Source of the DNA: Nageia nagi
Lineage: Eukaryota; Plantae; Pinophyta
Length of the DNA stretch: 64,000 bases
Assembly: GCA_050084985.1 (NCBI GenBank)
Contig: JBITNC010000001.1
Span: forward strand, 198,338,001-198,402,000
Reading direction: 5' to 3'
Shown piece after piece: positions 37,213-51,061 of the stretch; the stretch's first letter is position 1; each line of letters begins with the position of its first letter. The translations under genes and the position numbers were made by a program. The notes beneath the pieces are model-generated. The model saw nothing but the letters and a program-made list of their open reading frames with translations, ran no database searches and was not told the DNA's origin.

Positions 37213-39569
37213 TTTTTTGTCTTTTTTATTTCCATTTGGCCTAGGTTAAATGCAATGAAAAACTTAATTTTAAGTGATATGAGATGAATGTGATGTGATG
37301 GAAAACTTACCCAAGTGATATGTGTGATCCCCCTCAAATGTATTTATGGTAAGGCAAATGAGATGGGGATGCAATTGATAACAAAAGACAAGGAAAATAG
37401 GAGAAAAGAATAGAAATAAGGCATATGATACAAAATACAACTATGGTTCAGAAATGTGAAAATATTCCTCAAACATGATCACTTTCCAAGAACACCAACA
37501 CATTGGAAAAATGCAAGGGCATTTCATAAAAGGGTGAGAAATATGACTACATTTTCTAATAAGCACCTATAAAAATAAAAAAACCTAGGTCTAACTTAGC
37601 TCATTCATATTTTCTCCTTCTTGTTGATGAGGCTCTAACCCTACCACCTTCTCCTCTTGCTTAGATGAGATAGTGACATGACACAATGATCCCATTGAAA
37701 GAACATGCCATAGGCCCTCCAAGTTGGTGGTAAACCCTAATCCTATAATTTAATTAAGTTTTTAAGTGAATTTAATCATATAAGGGGGTCGAGTAGGAAG
37801 ATTGACACAGGGAGGGTAAATATAAAGAAAAACGACTAAAATGAATCGAGAAAAAGGGTAGGACACTAGAGCAAACATAGATGGGTAGATAGGACATAAA
37901 AATTGAGGAATATATACTATGATAGGATCCAAATAAGGTGAAAAATTAGAAATGCAAGGGTCCTTATGTTTCCTAGGAAGAAACACTAGGGGTCCAAGAA
38001 GGCCAACATTTCACTTAGGCTAGAAATAAAAATGCCTTGACCCTAGGCATTTCTGATAACAGGTGAATTTTTGGTGATTTTTAACAAGTTGATGATATGA
38101 GAGGTGGATGAAAAATCTAAGTGCTAGAAAATATGACTTAAAAAATAGAGGTCATTTGACCTATTTTTGAAGAAAAAATTGAAGCCAACTTTGACTTTGC
38201 AAAAAACCTTGAGTGCTCATGGAAAGTATATCATTTCAAGTAGGCTTCTATTTGAGATTTGAAAAGATATCAAATGATAAATTTAAACTACAAAATTTAG
38301 AGGGATGATTGATAGTATAAATATACCCATAATAAAATGATAGAATGAAAAACAAATGTAGTTTGGTAGGTTTAAAACTAGCAAACCAAAGGCAACTTTT
38401 TAAGGTGTCAAATTTTAGGTCCTTTGGTCCTAAAACAAAATGGGATAAAAAATGGTTACAAAGCAAGTCAAAATTACTTGTTAAGGCTTTATAATACATA
38501 ATAAGGAAAAATAAGGTAAAATTTAAAGGCAAAATGGTCAAATGATTCAAATCGACATAGGGTGAAAAAGTGGCCAAGGAGCCCACTTTATAAGGGTAAA
38601 GAAAATACAATGAAAATGAAAACATAATGAAATTTATGGAATGTGGCCACATTTAGAATTATGAAGCATATAAAATAAGCTATGTAGGAAACTAACATGG
38701 TTAAGTAAGCTTTTGAAGGTCAAATGAAAGCCAAAAAGTTCAAAGTGCAAAAGATGTAAAGTGCAAAGGTTAACAAAGTAAGATAAAATTACCTAGAAAT
38801 CAACATAGGTAGATATAAAAGAGGTCAAGTTATGTCACAAAATAATGAATGGGTAAAATAAAGGTGAAAATGTATTTGGTTCCAACTTCCATGTTAATGT
38901 GTAGAATGAGCTCTTTTGCTGAGTAATTTCGATTATTGCTAAGCAATGTCATTCAACAACTTTGACATATGAATGTAATGATGAAGGATTGAGGACAAGT
39001 GATATGGCAAGCCAAAAATGACATGATGAAAAAAAGAAGAGAGACATTAATTGAGTTCCATATTAATGTCTAGGGCATGTATTAGCTCCATACTGGACTA
39101 GGTAGAAGAGATTATCCAACAGTCAATGTCATGATGGTGATATATATACATATAATAGGTGATAAAGCAAATGCATGAAGACATAAATAGACTAAGTGTG
39201 GATAGGATATGAGTGACTTGTGTGTCCCATACATCAAAAATAGGTAGAATTACATTAAAAAGTAGAAAAACACTAAGTATCAACTCCAAATGCAAGAATC
39301 TAAAGTGATGATACAAGACAAATTATGGATGAAAATGGACCTTGAGCTACTTACTATAGCTCTTGAAAACCTTTTCATAATGCTAAGATAAGATAAGGGG
39401 AGGATTATGATTGATAAAAATAGACATTATATGAAATTATTTTTTTGGATTTTTGTATTTTCTACATTTGTTTTTGTGCTTATAAAATATTTTACTTTTT
39501 TTTTTTAGGATTTTCTATTTTTTATTATTTTTGGCAAAACATTTTTTGAATATTTGAAGGTTTCTTGTG

Positions 39570-42500
39570 AATTATAAGTATATAAGGGTTGAAGGTGAAT
39601 GATGTTGATTGGTTCAAGCTCTTCAACACCATCCAAGGTTGCCAATTTGTATGCTCCAGAACCATATTTGCTCATTACAATGTAAGGCCCCAACCAATTA
39701 GGCATGAACTTTCCTCTTTTTGCTCTTGGTTGACTTGTGATTTGTTGGTTTTCCTTTAGGACAAGGTCACCAAATTCACATTCATGGTAATGCACTTTTC
39801 TATTATAATATCTCTTTATATGTTCTTAGTAAATTCTCAAATGTTGAAGTGCACTTATGTGTTTTTTATAATGTAAATCAAGTTGGGCAAGCCTATCTTT
39901 CATGTAGGTAGTGTCATCAATAAATTATTGCAAATAAACATGAAGGGATGAAATTTCAAGTTCAATGGAAAAACCAACTTCAATACCATAAAATAATGAA
40001 AAAGGTGTTGCTCCAGTAGGTGTTCTAATGCTTGTTTTATATGCCCATAATGTATAGGAAAGTTTGGTATGCCAATCCCTTTGTGAATCTCCAACAAAAT
40101 TTTGAAGTGCTTTAACAATGATTTTATTAGAGGCTTTAGCTTGTCCATTAGCTTGAGGGTAATAAGGTGTTGAGAAACTTAATTGAAAATGATGCTTATC
40201 ATACAAAGCTCTAACATCCTTATTTTTTGCAAGGGATTCCATTGTCTATGATTAATTTAGAGGGGATTCCAAATTTGCAAATAAGGTTGGTATCAATGAA
40301 CTCCATAATTTTAAGTGATTTAACTTGAATTAAGGTAATGGATTCTACCCATTTGGTAAAATATTCAATGGTAGTAATTAGAAATTTATGTCCTTATGAA
40401 GAATTGGGATACACTTGGCCAATAAGATCTAGCCCCCATTGTGAAAAGGGCCATATGGTTGCAATAAGTTGTAAGTATTGAGAAGGTAAATGTTGAAGGT
40501 TTGAAAATTGTTGGCACTTAATACATTTTTTAGCATATGAAACATAATCATTTTCAAGTGTTGGCCAAAAGAATCCCATCCTTAACAAACATTTTGCAAT
40601 TGCCATTCCACTAAAGTGGCCACCACATGTACCATCATATGCTTGAGATAATGCAAGGAAAATTTCATTAGGTTCAAGACATATCAAAAGGATTCCTTCA
40701 TATAATTTTTTTATAAAGGATGTCCCCCAAAAAGGTTTATTTAGCACATTTTTGTTTAAAGTATCTTATTTTAGTTCTAGTCATATCTTGGGGGCTAATT
40801 TCAACTTAAGAAAGTCTTTTACAAGTGCATACCAAGAATTAACATTGTCAACTTCAATTTTTATAATGATGGGTGCACCAATGTAATAAGGGTTATGCAA
40901 TGTGGTGAGTTAATAATAAGTTTGTCTTGATTTTCTTGAGAAGCCATGGTGTCTACAAATATATTGGTAGATCTTGAGGAAGATTCAATGGTATACTTAT
41001 CAAATTGTAAGAGGAGTTGGTAAATTATAGATTTATACCTTTTTAAATCCTCATTATGGAATTGATAAGTTCCAAGGACTTGATTAACAAGAAGTTGAGA
41101 ATCACCAATAATTTTAATGCTCTTGAAATTTAACTTGATTTTAGTTTGGAGACCAAGGACAAGGGCCTCATATTTAGCCATGTTATTAGTGCAAGGGAAT
41201 TTGAGTTTAAAAGACAAAGGGATGGGTTATTCTTTAGGTGTAATGAAAACAATACTAGCACCACCCCCTTGTTCACATTTTGTACTATCAAAGAAAAGGG
41301 TAATGTCAAATTCCTTCTTTAGTGTCAAAAAATTCCTCATTTTTAAATAAAACAAAGATATAATCATTAGGGAAATAAAGTGCCAAGGGTTGTGAATCAT
41401 GCAATGGAGCTTCAAAAAGTTGATAAACAATGAATTTCCATTTAATAAATTTTTGGTTCACAAACTCAAGGTCATATTTAGTTAATAACATTATCCATTT
41501 AGATGTGCATGAATTAATATATGCATGGCCCATCAAGCATCTTAAAGGGCCACTTATAGAAATAACATAAGTCTTATGATTTAACATATAATACCTTAAT
41601 TTACATGTTATAAAGGCAATGTAAAGGCATAATTTATTAATGTGAATGTATCAAACCTCATATCAACAAGATTTCTACTTATATAATAAATAGCTTGCTC
41701 TTTATTCATGTCATTCTTATGTGCCAACATGATTCCAATAGTAATATCTATAGCAAAAATGTACAAGTGAAATGATTTTGAAGGATTGAGTGGGATAAAA
41801 AAAGGAGGAGATAAAATATATTTTTTATTTATTCAAATCCTTATTGGCACTCCTCTTTCCATTCAAACTTCACTCCTTTCTTAAAAATGTAATTAAATGG
41901 TTTGCACTTGTTAGATAATTGGGCAATAAATCTATGTATTGCATTAATTTTGCTTGATAAACTTATTATCTCTTTAAGATTATAAGGGGAAGGAATTTAA
42001 ATAATATATTTAATATTATAAATATCAACCTCAATTCCTCTTCTTGAAATAATATAATCCAAAATTTTACCATAAGTTACACCAAACACACACTTTTTAG
42101 GATTAATTCTTACATTATGCTCAATAAGTCTATCAAAGATCTTTGCAATAATTTTGAGGTGTGTATATTTAGTTTTATATTTTTCCAAAATATCATCTAC
42201 ATAGAATTCAACAATGTTACCCATATAGTCATGAAAGTTATATGTCATGGGATGTTGATATGTGGCACTTGCATTCTTTAAACCAAAGGGCATGACCTTA
42301 TAGTAGAAGGTTCCCCAAGGTGTTGTGAAAGCAATTTTATGTTGATCATTTTTTGTAATATGAATATGATTGTAGCCACTAAAACCATTCATGAGTGAGA
42401 ACATTTCATGACCTACATTTGCATCTACTATATTATCAATTCTAGGTAGAGAAAAATCATCTTATGGACAAGCTTTATTAATATCTCAAAAATCAATGCA

Positions 42501-45500
42501 TAGTCAAATACCTCCTATTTCTTACCAAAATGAACAAAATTTGAAACCCATGTATGATAATCAATAGGTGTGATAAAAACAAAATCCAAAAGCTTTTGAA
42601 TTTCTTCTTTAGTAAGGAGTGCAATTCTTGGATGCATTTTTCTTAGTTTTTGCTTGATGGGTTTTGCATCTTTCTCAAGAACAAGGTTATGAATAATAAG
42701 ATCAGAATCCAATCCTGGCATATGAAAATATTTCCAAGAAAATATTTTAATATAATTCTTAAGAATTTTAATAAATAAATATTACTCTTCTTTAGTTAAG
42801 ATCTTACCAAGTAACACAATATCAGGATTATTAGGATCTTCACCAATGTCAACTTCAATTGTTTCTTCAATGAGCATGTGAGAAGTATCATCAAATTGGA
42901 AAGATAAAGGTAATACATTAAGTTCATCATCCTCATAATGTGAATTTTTATTATCAAAATATTCCTTCATATTTAAAATATCATTCTCATAAGAATCAGA
43001 AGTAGAATAAAATTGCCCAAAATAAGCATCCATGTTTAAAAATGAAGGATAAATATCCTTATAACATCATGGTAAATGAGTATAGCCATCAAGATAGTAA
43101 ACTATAGACTCATTATATGGAAAATAATCAAGAAGAATAGGAAAATTTTCAAGATAAAAATCAATGTGATCAACATCAAGAGGAATTCTATGCAAACCAG
43201 TATCCAAAAAGTATGTCAAAGGTGTAAACAAATCTATAGACAAAGTGCAAATAGAATGGCCACATACAACATTAGGACCATACATGAAAAAGTTGACATG
43301 GAATAATTCCTCCACTTCAACATGTGCAAAATATTAATTAAATTCCCCATAATCATGATTAATCATGAAAGGTGGAGGGGATGAAGCAATATCATATTCA
43401 AGAGGCATGCTCATGTTGAAAAAAGGATTAAAACAAATCACAAAAGCATCAAGGCTATGATAAAAGAACAAAGGATTATCAACCATATTAAAAGGGTGTG
43501 AAAAAGTTCTAATTTTTATGGTAGTCAAGATTTCATGATAAAAAATATTAACAAATAAAATTTCTAAGGATACCTCCCTTCAAATTCATCGCAAGGAAGT
43601 TGAGTGATAGAAAGAGGCTATTGAAGAGATGTTTCTCCTTCACATGAAATGACATGAGGTGCACTAATGAATAAAGCTTATTTTTGAGAACCCAAACCTA
43701 ATTTATCAAAGGGTAAACATGGTTCAACAATAATAGGTTCAACAAGACCATGCTCATACTTACTAAGACCTTGAAATTTCCAACCATAAGTCTCATCAAA
43801 ATAATGAGAAGCAAAAACAAACTTGGAAAAAGTTTTAGGAGGAACACAAGAAGAAAAAGAAGAATGAGGTTCCTTACTAGTTTCAAGAGTGGTTGACATA
43901 ACATTCTTCTCTTTAATGAAAGAGATAGGTTTAATATGTGACTCTTTTGATTGAAGATATTTTAAAGGAAGTCCCATATCTCTAAGGGAAGGAATAGTAG
44001 GCAACTTGAGAATTTGATTTTGCATTTTGTATTCTTCAACTTGTGGGGAGGTATATGACACAAAAACTTTTCCACTTTACTCTACTATATAAGTAACCTC
44101 ACCATGAGCAACAAGATTATAAGATGTAGCAACATTGGGATTCACAACATTAGAAGAGGAAGGTGGAATAAAAGACACAAGACATGTAGAAGATAAGAAA
44201 TCATCATAAGAAGGAATAAAATTATAATACTAAAATGGTTTAGGATTAGCTTTGACACATGTTAACTTACCTTCATGAATAAATTTTATGCCTTGATGCA
44301 ATGTAGAAGGTACGCACTTCATTTCATCTATCCATGGTCTTCCAAGTAAAATATTATATTGTAAAGTGCCTTCAATTACATGGAATAAAGTATGCAAATT
44401 TCTTGGTCCCACCTTGAGGAACAATACTATAGTAACCATAGTGGTAGAAATAGTGTCATTAAAGTCCTTTAGTTGTAAAGTGGAAGAGGATAAACTACTT
44501 TTAGGTATGTTAATATGGTTCAAAGTTGAAGAATAAATAACGTTTAAACTTGAATAATTATCAATCAAAACTCTTTCAAAATTTTGATCTTCTATAAAAA
44601 CAATAATGAAAAGAGAAGGGTGAGGTCCAAGAAGTCTTTACTCAATAATCCCATGTTCATAAAAAGTTATAGCACCTAAATCACATGATTGAACATGGCC
44701 CACAAAGTTGGTAAAAGCTTCCACATCTTGAGGTTGCACCTCTATGGACTTTAAAACTTTCATAAGTGAATCTCTATGAGCTTTTGAGGTTTGAAGTAAA
44801 TCAAATATGGACACATTTATGGGTAAGGATTTTAATTGTTGGGTAATATTGGATTTGATTGTAACAACATTACGTATTTGGTTTTGAATATGAGTAGGAC
44901 CTCTTGGACCTTGAATTACTCTAGAATCATTATGCTTTTAAGCTTGTTGTGAACTTGAGGTGTCTTGCCTTGGAGGGGTGTTCTTTTGGTTCCTTGTAAC
45001 AACATGAATCATACCAACAAAATTATGCAAAGAAGGATTATTAACATAGTTCACTTGATTTTCATAAACTTGGTTTTACCTTGGAAGTGGATCCTTTTAA
45101 ACATTTAAATTTTGATTAGGGAGTGCAAGTGGATTTTCTATAAGAAGGTCCCCTCTTTCAATAAAATATTGTATCACATTTTTAAGGTGATGGCACTTAT
45201 CATCTTGATGCCCTTTTGCTATATGAAAGTGAATCGGAAAGAGGGGTATAGTCTCTCTTGGGTTTTGGTGGTCTTGGTATTGGTTGGTTACCTTAAACTT
45301 GGGCTTTGGTTTGTATGGGATATGGATTGATGGGTGGTGGTGGTGGTGGTGCAATTGATGGTTGGCTCAATGTAACTTGGTTCACTTGAGGTTGAGGAGG
45401 TGTTGGAAAAGGTACCTTCCTATTTTGATTATCTTGCTTATTTCTAAGCTTAATATCACCATTTTGCACATTCATATCTTCAATCCTTTTGGCCATTCTA

Positions 45501-46740
45501 ATAGCTTATTCAAAAGAAGGTAAATGTTGGATTTGAAGTATGTTTTGCATAATTTTTGGAAAAAAAAAGGTGAGTCATTTTAGCTTGAGGTATAGGGAAT
45601 ATAATATCATGGAAAATAGCTCTCCACCTTGTCACATAATAAGCAATTGGTTCATCCAGAATTTGTTTAATATTATACAAATCACATAAGGTAGTTTGTC
45701 TTTTAATATTAATAGAAAAGTGATTAAGGAATAAATTTGCCAATTGTTGAAAAGTGTGAATAGAATGTTGACCCAAGCTATTATACCAATCCAAAGCTTG
45801 TCCACTTAAGGTCATAGAAAATATTGTCAACATAAAATGATAAATATGATTAATTAAATAACACTCATGCTTGAACATTCTCAAATGATATTTTGAATCT
45901 TATTTACCTTTAAACTTGTAAAACTTTGGAAGCTCAAAATATTTTGGCCAAACATAATATGGAACTAAAATATGAATAGGTTCATTGCATAATTCCTCAT
46001 ATGTTTGGCTATGGTTGGGATCTTGGTTACCAACATCCAACTTTTGTAATCTATCAAGAATAGCTTGGGTGAAAGCTAACAAAGGATCAAATCTATTAAT
46101 ATATTGAAAATTGGAGAAAAGTTGGTTGGTTTGATGTGAAGTGGATGCATGAGAATTATGGACTTGTTGGGTGTTAGTTTGAACTTGAATTGTGTGAGTT
46201 TGTAGGATGGTAGAATTTAGGGGAATTTGGATATTTTTAGGAATGGTGGTTTATGGAGAAATTTGGATTTGAGTGGTGAATATAGTAGATGGAATGGAAG
46301 ATGAAGATATGGATTGTGACACAATAGGAGTGGTTGTAGAGGAAATAGAAATTGCTCTTCTATTGTTTGGATCAAAATTAGGATCTATCATGATACTATT
46401 TTGCAAAGATGTGGTAGGAATGGAAGACAACTCAAGAGGTGAAAAGAAGGATTCTATGTGGGATAGATTTCTTGTTAGAGGTTGAGTAACAACTAAATAT
46501 CCTAATTGAGTAGCAACTTGTTTATATTTAAGAACTTTAAGGATAACTTCAACATTAGCCAACACATATTATGCAAATTCCTCCATGGAATATTCATGTG
46601 TTGGATCCTCCATAGCTTGGGTTATTGTAGGAATAGACTACATTCACTCTTGCAAAGTTTGATTTTTGGTTTGAATCATGGATTAAGATAATGTTTTAAC
46701 TAAAAGTTTTTTTAACTCCTTATTTTTGAAATGTAGCCAT
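39570..46740 (-). pseudogene. Degenerate gag-pol of element G
   Basis: Gag TLSGQALDWYNSL; protease IDNYSSLNVI...YNILLGRPWI; RT NGFSGYN...MPFGLKNA...YVDDIL; aRH LFFDSTK...CTNNMAKYEALVLGL; IN YDGTCGGHF...WPFSQWGLDLIG...YPQANGQAKASNK...NWLGPY. Confidence 0.95.
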
Positions 46741-47984
46741 GTTTTGATATTCTAAAAAAATACGCTAGTGTTTTCCACTTGGATTAAACCATGACAATGT
46801 TTATAGAAATGCGAACATCTTTTAGCAAATAAATTTAAAAAAAGATACAAAGTTATAGCTAATTTAACTTTTTAATTTTGATATTTTAGAAAACAACATA
46901 CACATATAGAAAAATGTAAATAGTCACTAATGCAAACACTCACATATGATAGATGCAAGTTCATCCAGCAACCCTATAATACTATTTTGCAATGTTTGAT
47001 GTTTATTTTCCTAAAGTGATTATAGACAAGTGAGTTTAAGATGATCAAAAGCTAGTCCTATAAGAATGAAAGTGCTAAACCTAATCCTCACTTTAATCAG
47101 ATTCATTGGCAGGGTCCATCACAAACTTAAGGGAGACTATCTTGGTGAGTGGACCAAGCAAAGCATAGGTCCTTGGTGATTAAATCCAAGTGAACTATCT
47201 ACTTACTAGTGAAGAGGATGAGCTTTGGTGATGAAATCCAAGGATACCCTTTTGTATGTGGAAAAAAGAAATATGACTTAATGAACTTGTTCTTTTCCTC
47301 CTTACAGCATATTCTAATCACCCAAGATCACTTTGTAGTGCAAGGGGAGAACATACTCTAAATTGTAAGAATATAGATGTGTAAGTTATTTAACATCTTC
47401 TCATAACCTTTCTTAAATCATTCAAAATCACCTTTCAATGCATGAGGATATCTTACATTGGTTTCATAAGAAATATTAAGTGTAACAAGCAAGCATACAC
47501 AACATGTACATCATGAAGCCTAATTCCTTTTACCCTTAAAAAAACGAATATGAGCTAAACACACATTCAAAAATCATGAATGATAGTTACAAAAATGAAA
47601 AGGTAAAAAATTCTTGAAATTTTTGCACCAAAGTTTTTGATGAACCTTATAGAAGAAATGTAGTCCAATCTGGAAAATGCTAGGGTGACCCAAAAATGTG
47701 ATCACTCAAAATGTGATCCTATTTAGCAAAAAGTACCCAGGTGAACATAAATATGATGGAATTTTATAAATGTAGCTACATTTTTCAAAATGCAACAACA
47801 TTTCTAACTATGAACATAAAAAAAAAGAAGACACAAAAACACAACGAAGTGCAAAATTGAATTTACAAAATGGGAGATACTTACTTACTGGTGGAATCCT
47901 TGAACTTTATTAGTAAAATAAAATAAATAAAATGAAATAAAAATGTTAAGAAAAATGTTCCTTACCAAAATGGACCAAGGGAGG

Positions 47985-48001
47985 TCCCATTGGGTGTGCC
48001 A
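47985..48001 (-). promoter_or_regulatory. Primer binding site, tRNA-Arg type (element G)
   Basis: Minus strand TGGCACACCCAATGGGA, close to the Ogre-type TGGCACGCCCAGTGGGA. Confidence 0.8.
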
Positions 48002-48004
48002 AAA

Positions 48005-49758
48005 TGTTTCAAATAAAAGTGACCCCTTTCAAGATCACTTAAACATGAACATTTAACTAGTGTGTGCAAGATAGACTAGGCCTTATAAGAACAAACTATA
48101 AAAATAAATCTAGTCAAAACCACTAAGGAGGATTTTTAAAGCCATATTTGTGATAATAATAAGCTCAAATGATCACAACATGACTAGCTCAATGTGGTGT
48201 TAACAAACACCAAAGAATACCTGATAATGCCACTTTGGATGATGGTACTTGATGTAGCTGATCAAATCTTAAGATGCATCCAAGCTATCCATTTTGTTTA
48301 AATGTAATGACCCTAGGATTTTCTAAAATGTAGGGGCATTTCCTAAATGTGGGGGTATTTTATTATCAAAACATAACGACCTTAGGTGTTTTGCAACCTA
48401 CAAGTGCAAAAGACAAGATTCAAAAGTTAGTTCTAAATACAAGATGAGATAAGCCTACTGTAGAAATAGAACATGAAAACAAGGTCAAAAAGTGTGATGG
48501 GTGTGTTTCTAGTTTAATAAGAGGAACAATACTTGGAATGATTGATTCCTAGCTTACCCCAAGACCAATGGATTCCAATCACTCTTCTCAAATGCTCGTG
48601 GGAGATTGGAGGATGTAGAAGCTCTCAAATTCCTCACTTCCAAGACTCAAAAATCAACAAATTCAAAGCTCAATGTTTGCACTAGTTTCTAGCCTCAAAA
48701 TGGAGATGTAGACATGCTTAAATATATATCTAAAATGCCAAATCATCAATCTAGAATCCATACAAATTTCAATTTGAAAATAACTGTTGCTTTATTGATC
48801 TTTGATTGAATTCAAATTAGATTGGCATATGATTTTATTAGAGACAAATTGGAGATATATCCATTCAATTCTCTTGTCTTTTGTCTATTGAGCATATTTG
48901 GAGCATAACCACTAACTCATCCTTCAGTAATCAGAGTCTCATATTTTCCTATTTTCCTATTAGGTGAATCATCATTGCCATGGTAAGAAGAGTTGTAAAT
49001 TTTATCCATTTATTTTCTTGCAAGATAAGCAGTAAATAAATTAGTCATATTAATATGATAAACATTAATAATCATCAATATAATGATAATTTTGATAAAG
49101 TAAAGCAAATGATTAAATATAATCAACATGAGTAATGTTAATTATATTTCAGACATAAATAGCTATGATCAAAATTATAAATAACATGACCAATGTTAAT
49201 TACAGTTTTCAAATAAATGACTATAGTTTGAACTACAATAAATATCACTAAATTTAATTACCCTTTAACCATAAATTACTATGATAAAAAACATAATTAA
49301 TATGACTAATATTAATTATCTTTCCCAAATGACTATGATCAAAATGCAAATAAACATGATTAAGTTTAATTGCAATTTCCTAGTAAATGATTATGATCGA
49401 AAATACATTAAATATGAATAAGTTTAATTGCAATTTCCAAGTAAGTGATTATGATAAAAAATACATTAAACATGACTAAGTTTAATTGCATTTTCCAAAG
49501 CAAATGACTATGATCAAAATGCAATAAGTATGACTAAGTTTAATTGCTATTTTCAAGAAAATGATTATGATCGAAAATACATTAAAAATGAATAAGTTTA
49601 GCTATATTTTACAAAGAAAATAACTATGATCAACTAGTACTCAATATGACAAATATTAAGAATCATTAAATGTAATCAAATTGATTGAATAAATCATGTC
49701 AATGATAAAATAACATTGTATCACATGTAGTGTATAGTGCTAGATTTAGATGTCTACA
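48005..49758 (-). repeat. 5' LTR of element G (1754 bp)
   Basis: TGTTTC...GTCTACA, between the PBS and the TSD. Confidence 0.95.
49107..49650. repeat. ~58-bp minisatellite inside the 5' LTR of G (~10 units)
   Basis: Unit starts near 49107, 49154, 49211, 49271, 49327, 49385, 49443, 49502, 49559 and 49618. Confidence 0.88.
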
Positions 49759-49763
49759 CTAAT

Positions 49764-51045
49764 ATAAATCTCAACTAGGCCCCCAAAATGCATGTGGGAT
49801 CCTTCTTCAAGTTGTTTAAGGATGAGAAGATATGAGTAATCATATTTAGTAGGAGCAGGAATGGAAGACATAAAACATGAAAAAGATGCTTCATCAAAAG
49901 ACTAATGAGAAGGAAAACAAACCTCATGTGGTGAAAAGAAACTTGATGGTGGCAAGGAGAAATATGCGGATTCAAGACCAACATCAATCAAAGAGTCACC
50001 ATCAAGGGGATGATAAAAATAATCAAGCTCATAGATAGAAACCATATTGACATAAATAATCAAGGTTTAATATAAAATATCATCAAAAAAATCAAATGGG
50101 ATAGAAAAATATAATGAGATAGGACTAGAAGGATAAAAATAAAGACCAATATCATTAATATCAAAAGATTGATCATGAATGTTAGGGTTGGAAAATGCTT
50201 CTTTAAGTGCAAAAGATTTGGGACCTTTAAAACCAAGCCCCCTCTTCTTATGAACAACTTGAAAAGTGGTTTGGAATTTATGGACCATACCTTGCTCAAA
50301 CTTGCCCAACCCATAACCTTGCCATTTGCAATACTCAAAATATCATCAAATAAAATCAAAACATGACAAGTAGTCAACTTTAGTGCAAAACCTTTCTTTC
50401 AAAGGATGATCAAAAGGGACATTAGATGGATAATCAACACTAGTGTAAATAAAAATTGATTATTTAAGACTTCAACCTAAAGGAATGATGGATCAAATGG
50501 TGATGGAAGTATCCTAAGGTTGATTAAAATCCTTGAATGACTCAATGTTACATGATACATCCCTAATCCAATATCCCCTCAGAACAAGGTTAGCATATTG
50601 CACCAAAATAGGGTAATGATTAGAATCATCATGTTCATCATCCTTATCTTAGGTGACATGATCAAATGTATAAGCATGACACTCTTCCTCTTGGGAAGGT
50701 TGAAGAGGAACATTCAAGGATTGATAAAGGTCACAAGGTGGGGGGAAATTTATTATAATACTGAGGTTGAGAGGATTTGGGTTGAGGCTTCTTGACTTGC
50801 AACCTAGAACTTGATGATTATGATGAAAAATACTCAATGGAGGATTTACCATTATGATGCATAAGGTGAGGTACATCCAATGGGGATGATAATAATGAAG
50901 AAGGTTATGATCCAAGAGATGGACTAGGATGAGGATACAAGGATTGGGTACCTTGTGAACTAGATGATACTTGGTTGGGATTATTGTTCACAAGGATAGT
51001 GATGGGAAATAAACTCAAAATAGAAAATGGATTGGGAGCTTGAAT
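49764..51045 (-). pseudogene. Resumption of element F polyprotein (protease-RT spacer with G-patch-like motif)
   Basis: ORF 50067-50309 MGKFEQGMV...KKRGLGF; begins just after the TSD of G, as expected upstream of RT. Confidence 0.7.
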
Positions 51046-51061
51046 AAGTGTTATTATTTCA

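Larger units (their letters stand above)
35583..49758 (-). mobile_element. Element G: structurally complete but degenerate Tat/Ogre Gypsy element (14.2 kb) nested in F
   Basis: TSD CTAAT (35578-35582 and 49759-49763); LTRs 35583-37212 and 48005-49758; tRNA-Arg-type PBS; gag-PR-Gpatch-RT-RH-aRH-IN. Confidence 0.95.
24921..51045 (-). mobile_element. Element F: large Tat/Ogre Gypsy element (3' LTR, long 3' region with antisense PMD gene, pol), interrupted by G and abutting H; gag and 5' LTR not seen
   Basis: LTR ~24921-25838 ending GTCTACA plus pyrimidine tract; pol fragments at 32340-35577 continue at 49764-51045. Confidence 0.8.

Noticed and set aside
37213-39500. Accessory ORF in the 3' region of element G
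   Set aside because: No PMD-like or other sustained coding signal seen on either strand.
45097-45354. Poly-His ORF (MHHHHHH...)
   Set aside because: Alternate frame of a poly-Pro (cca)n stretch in gag of element G.
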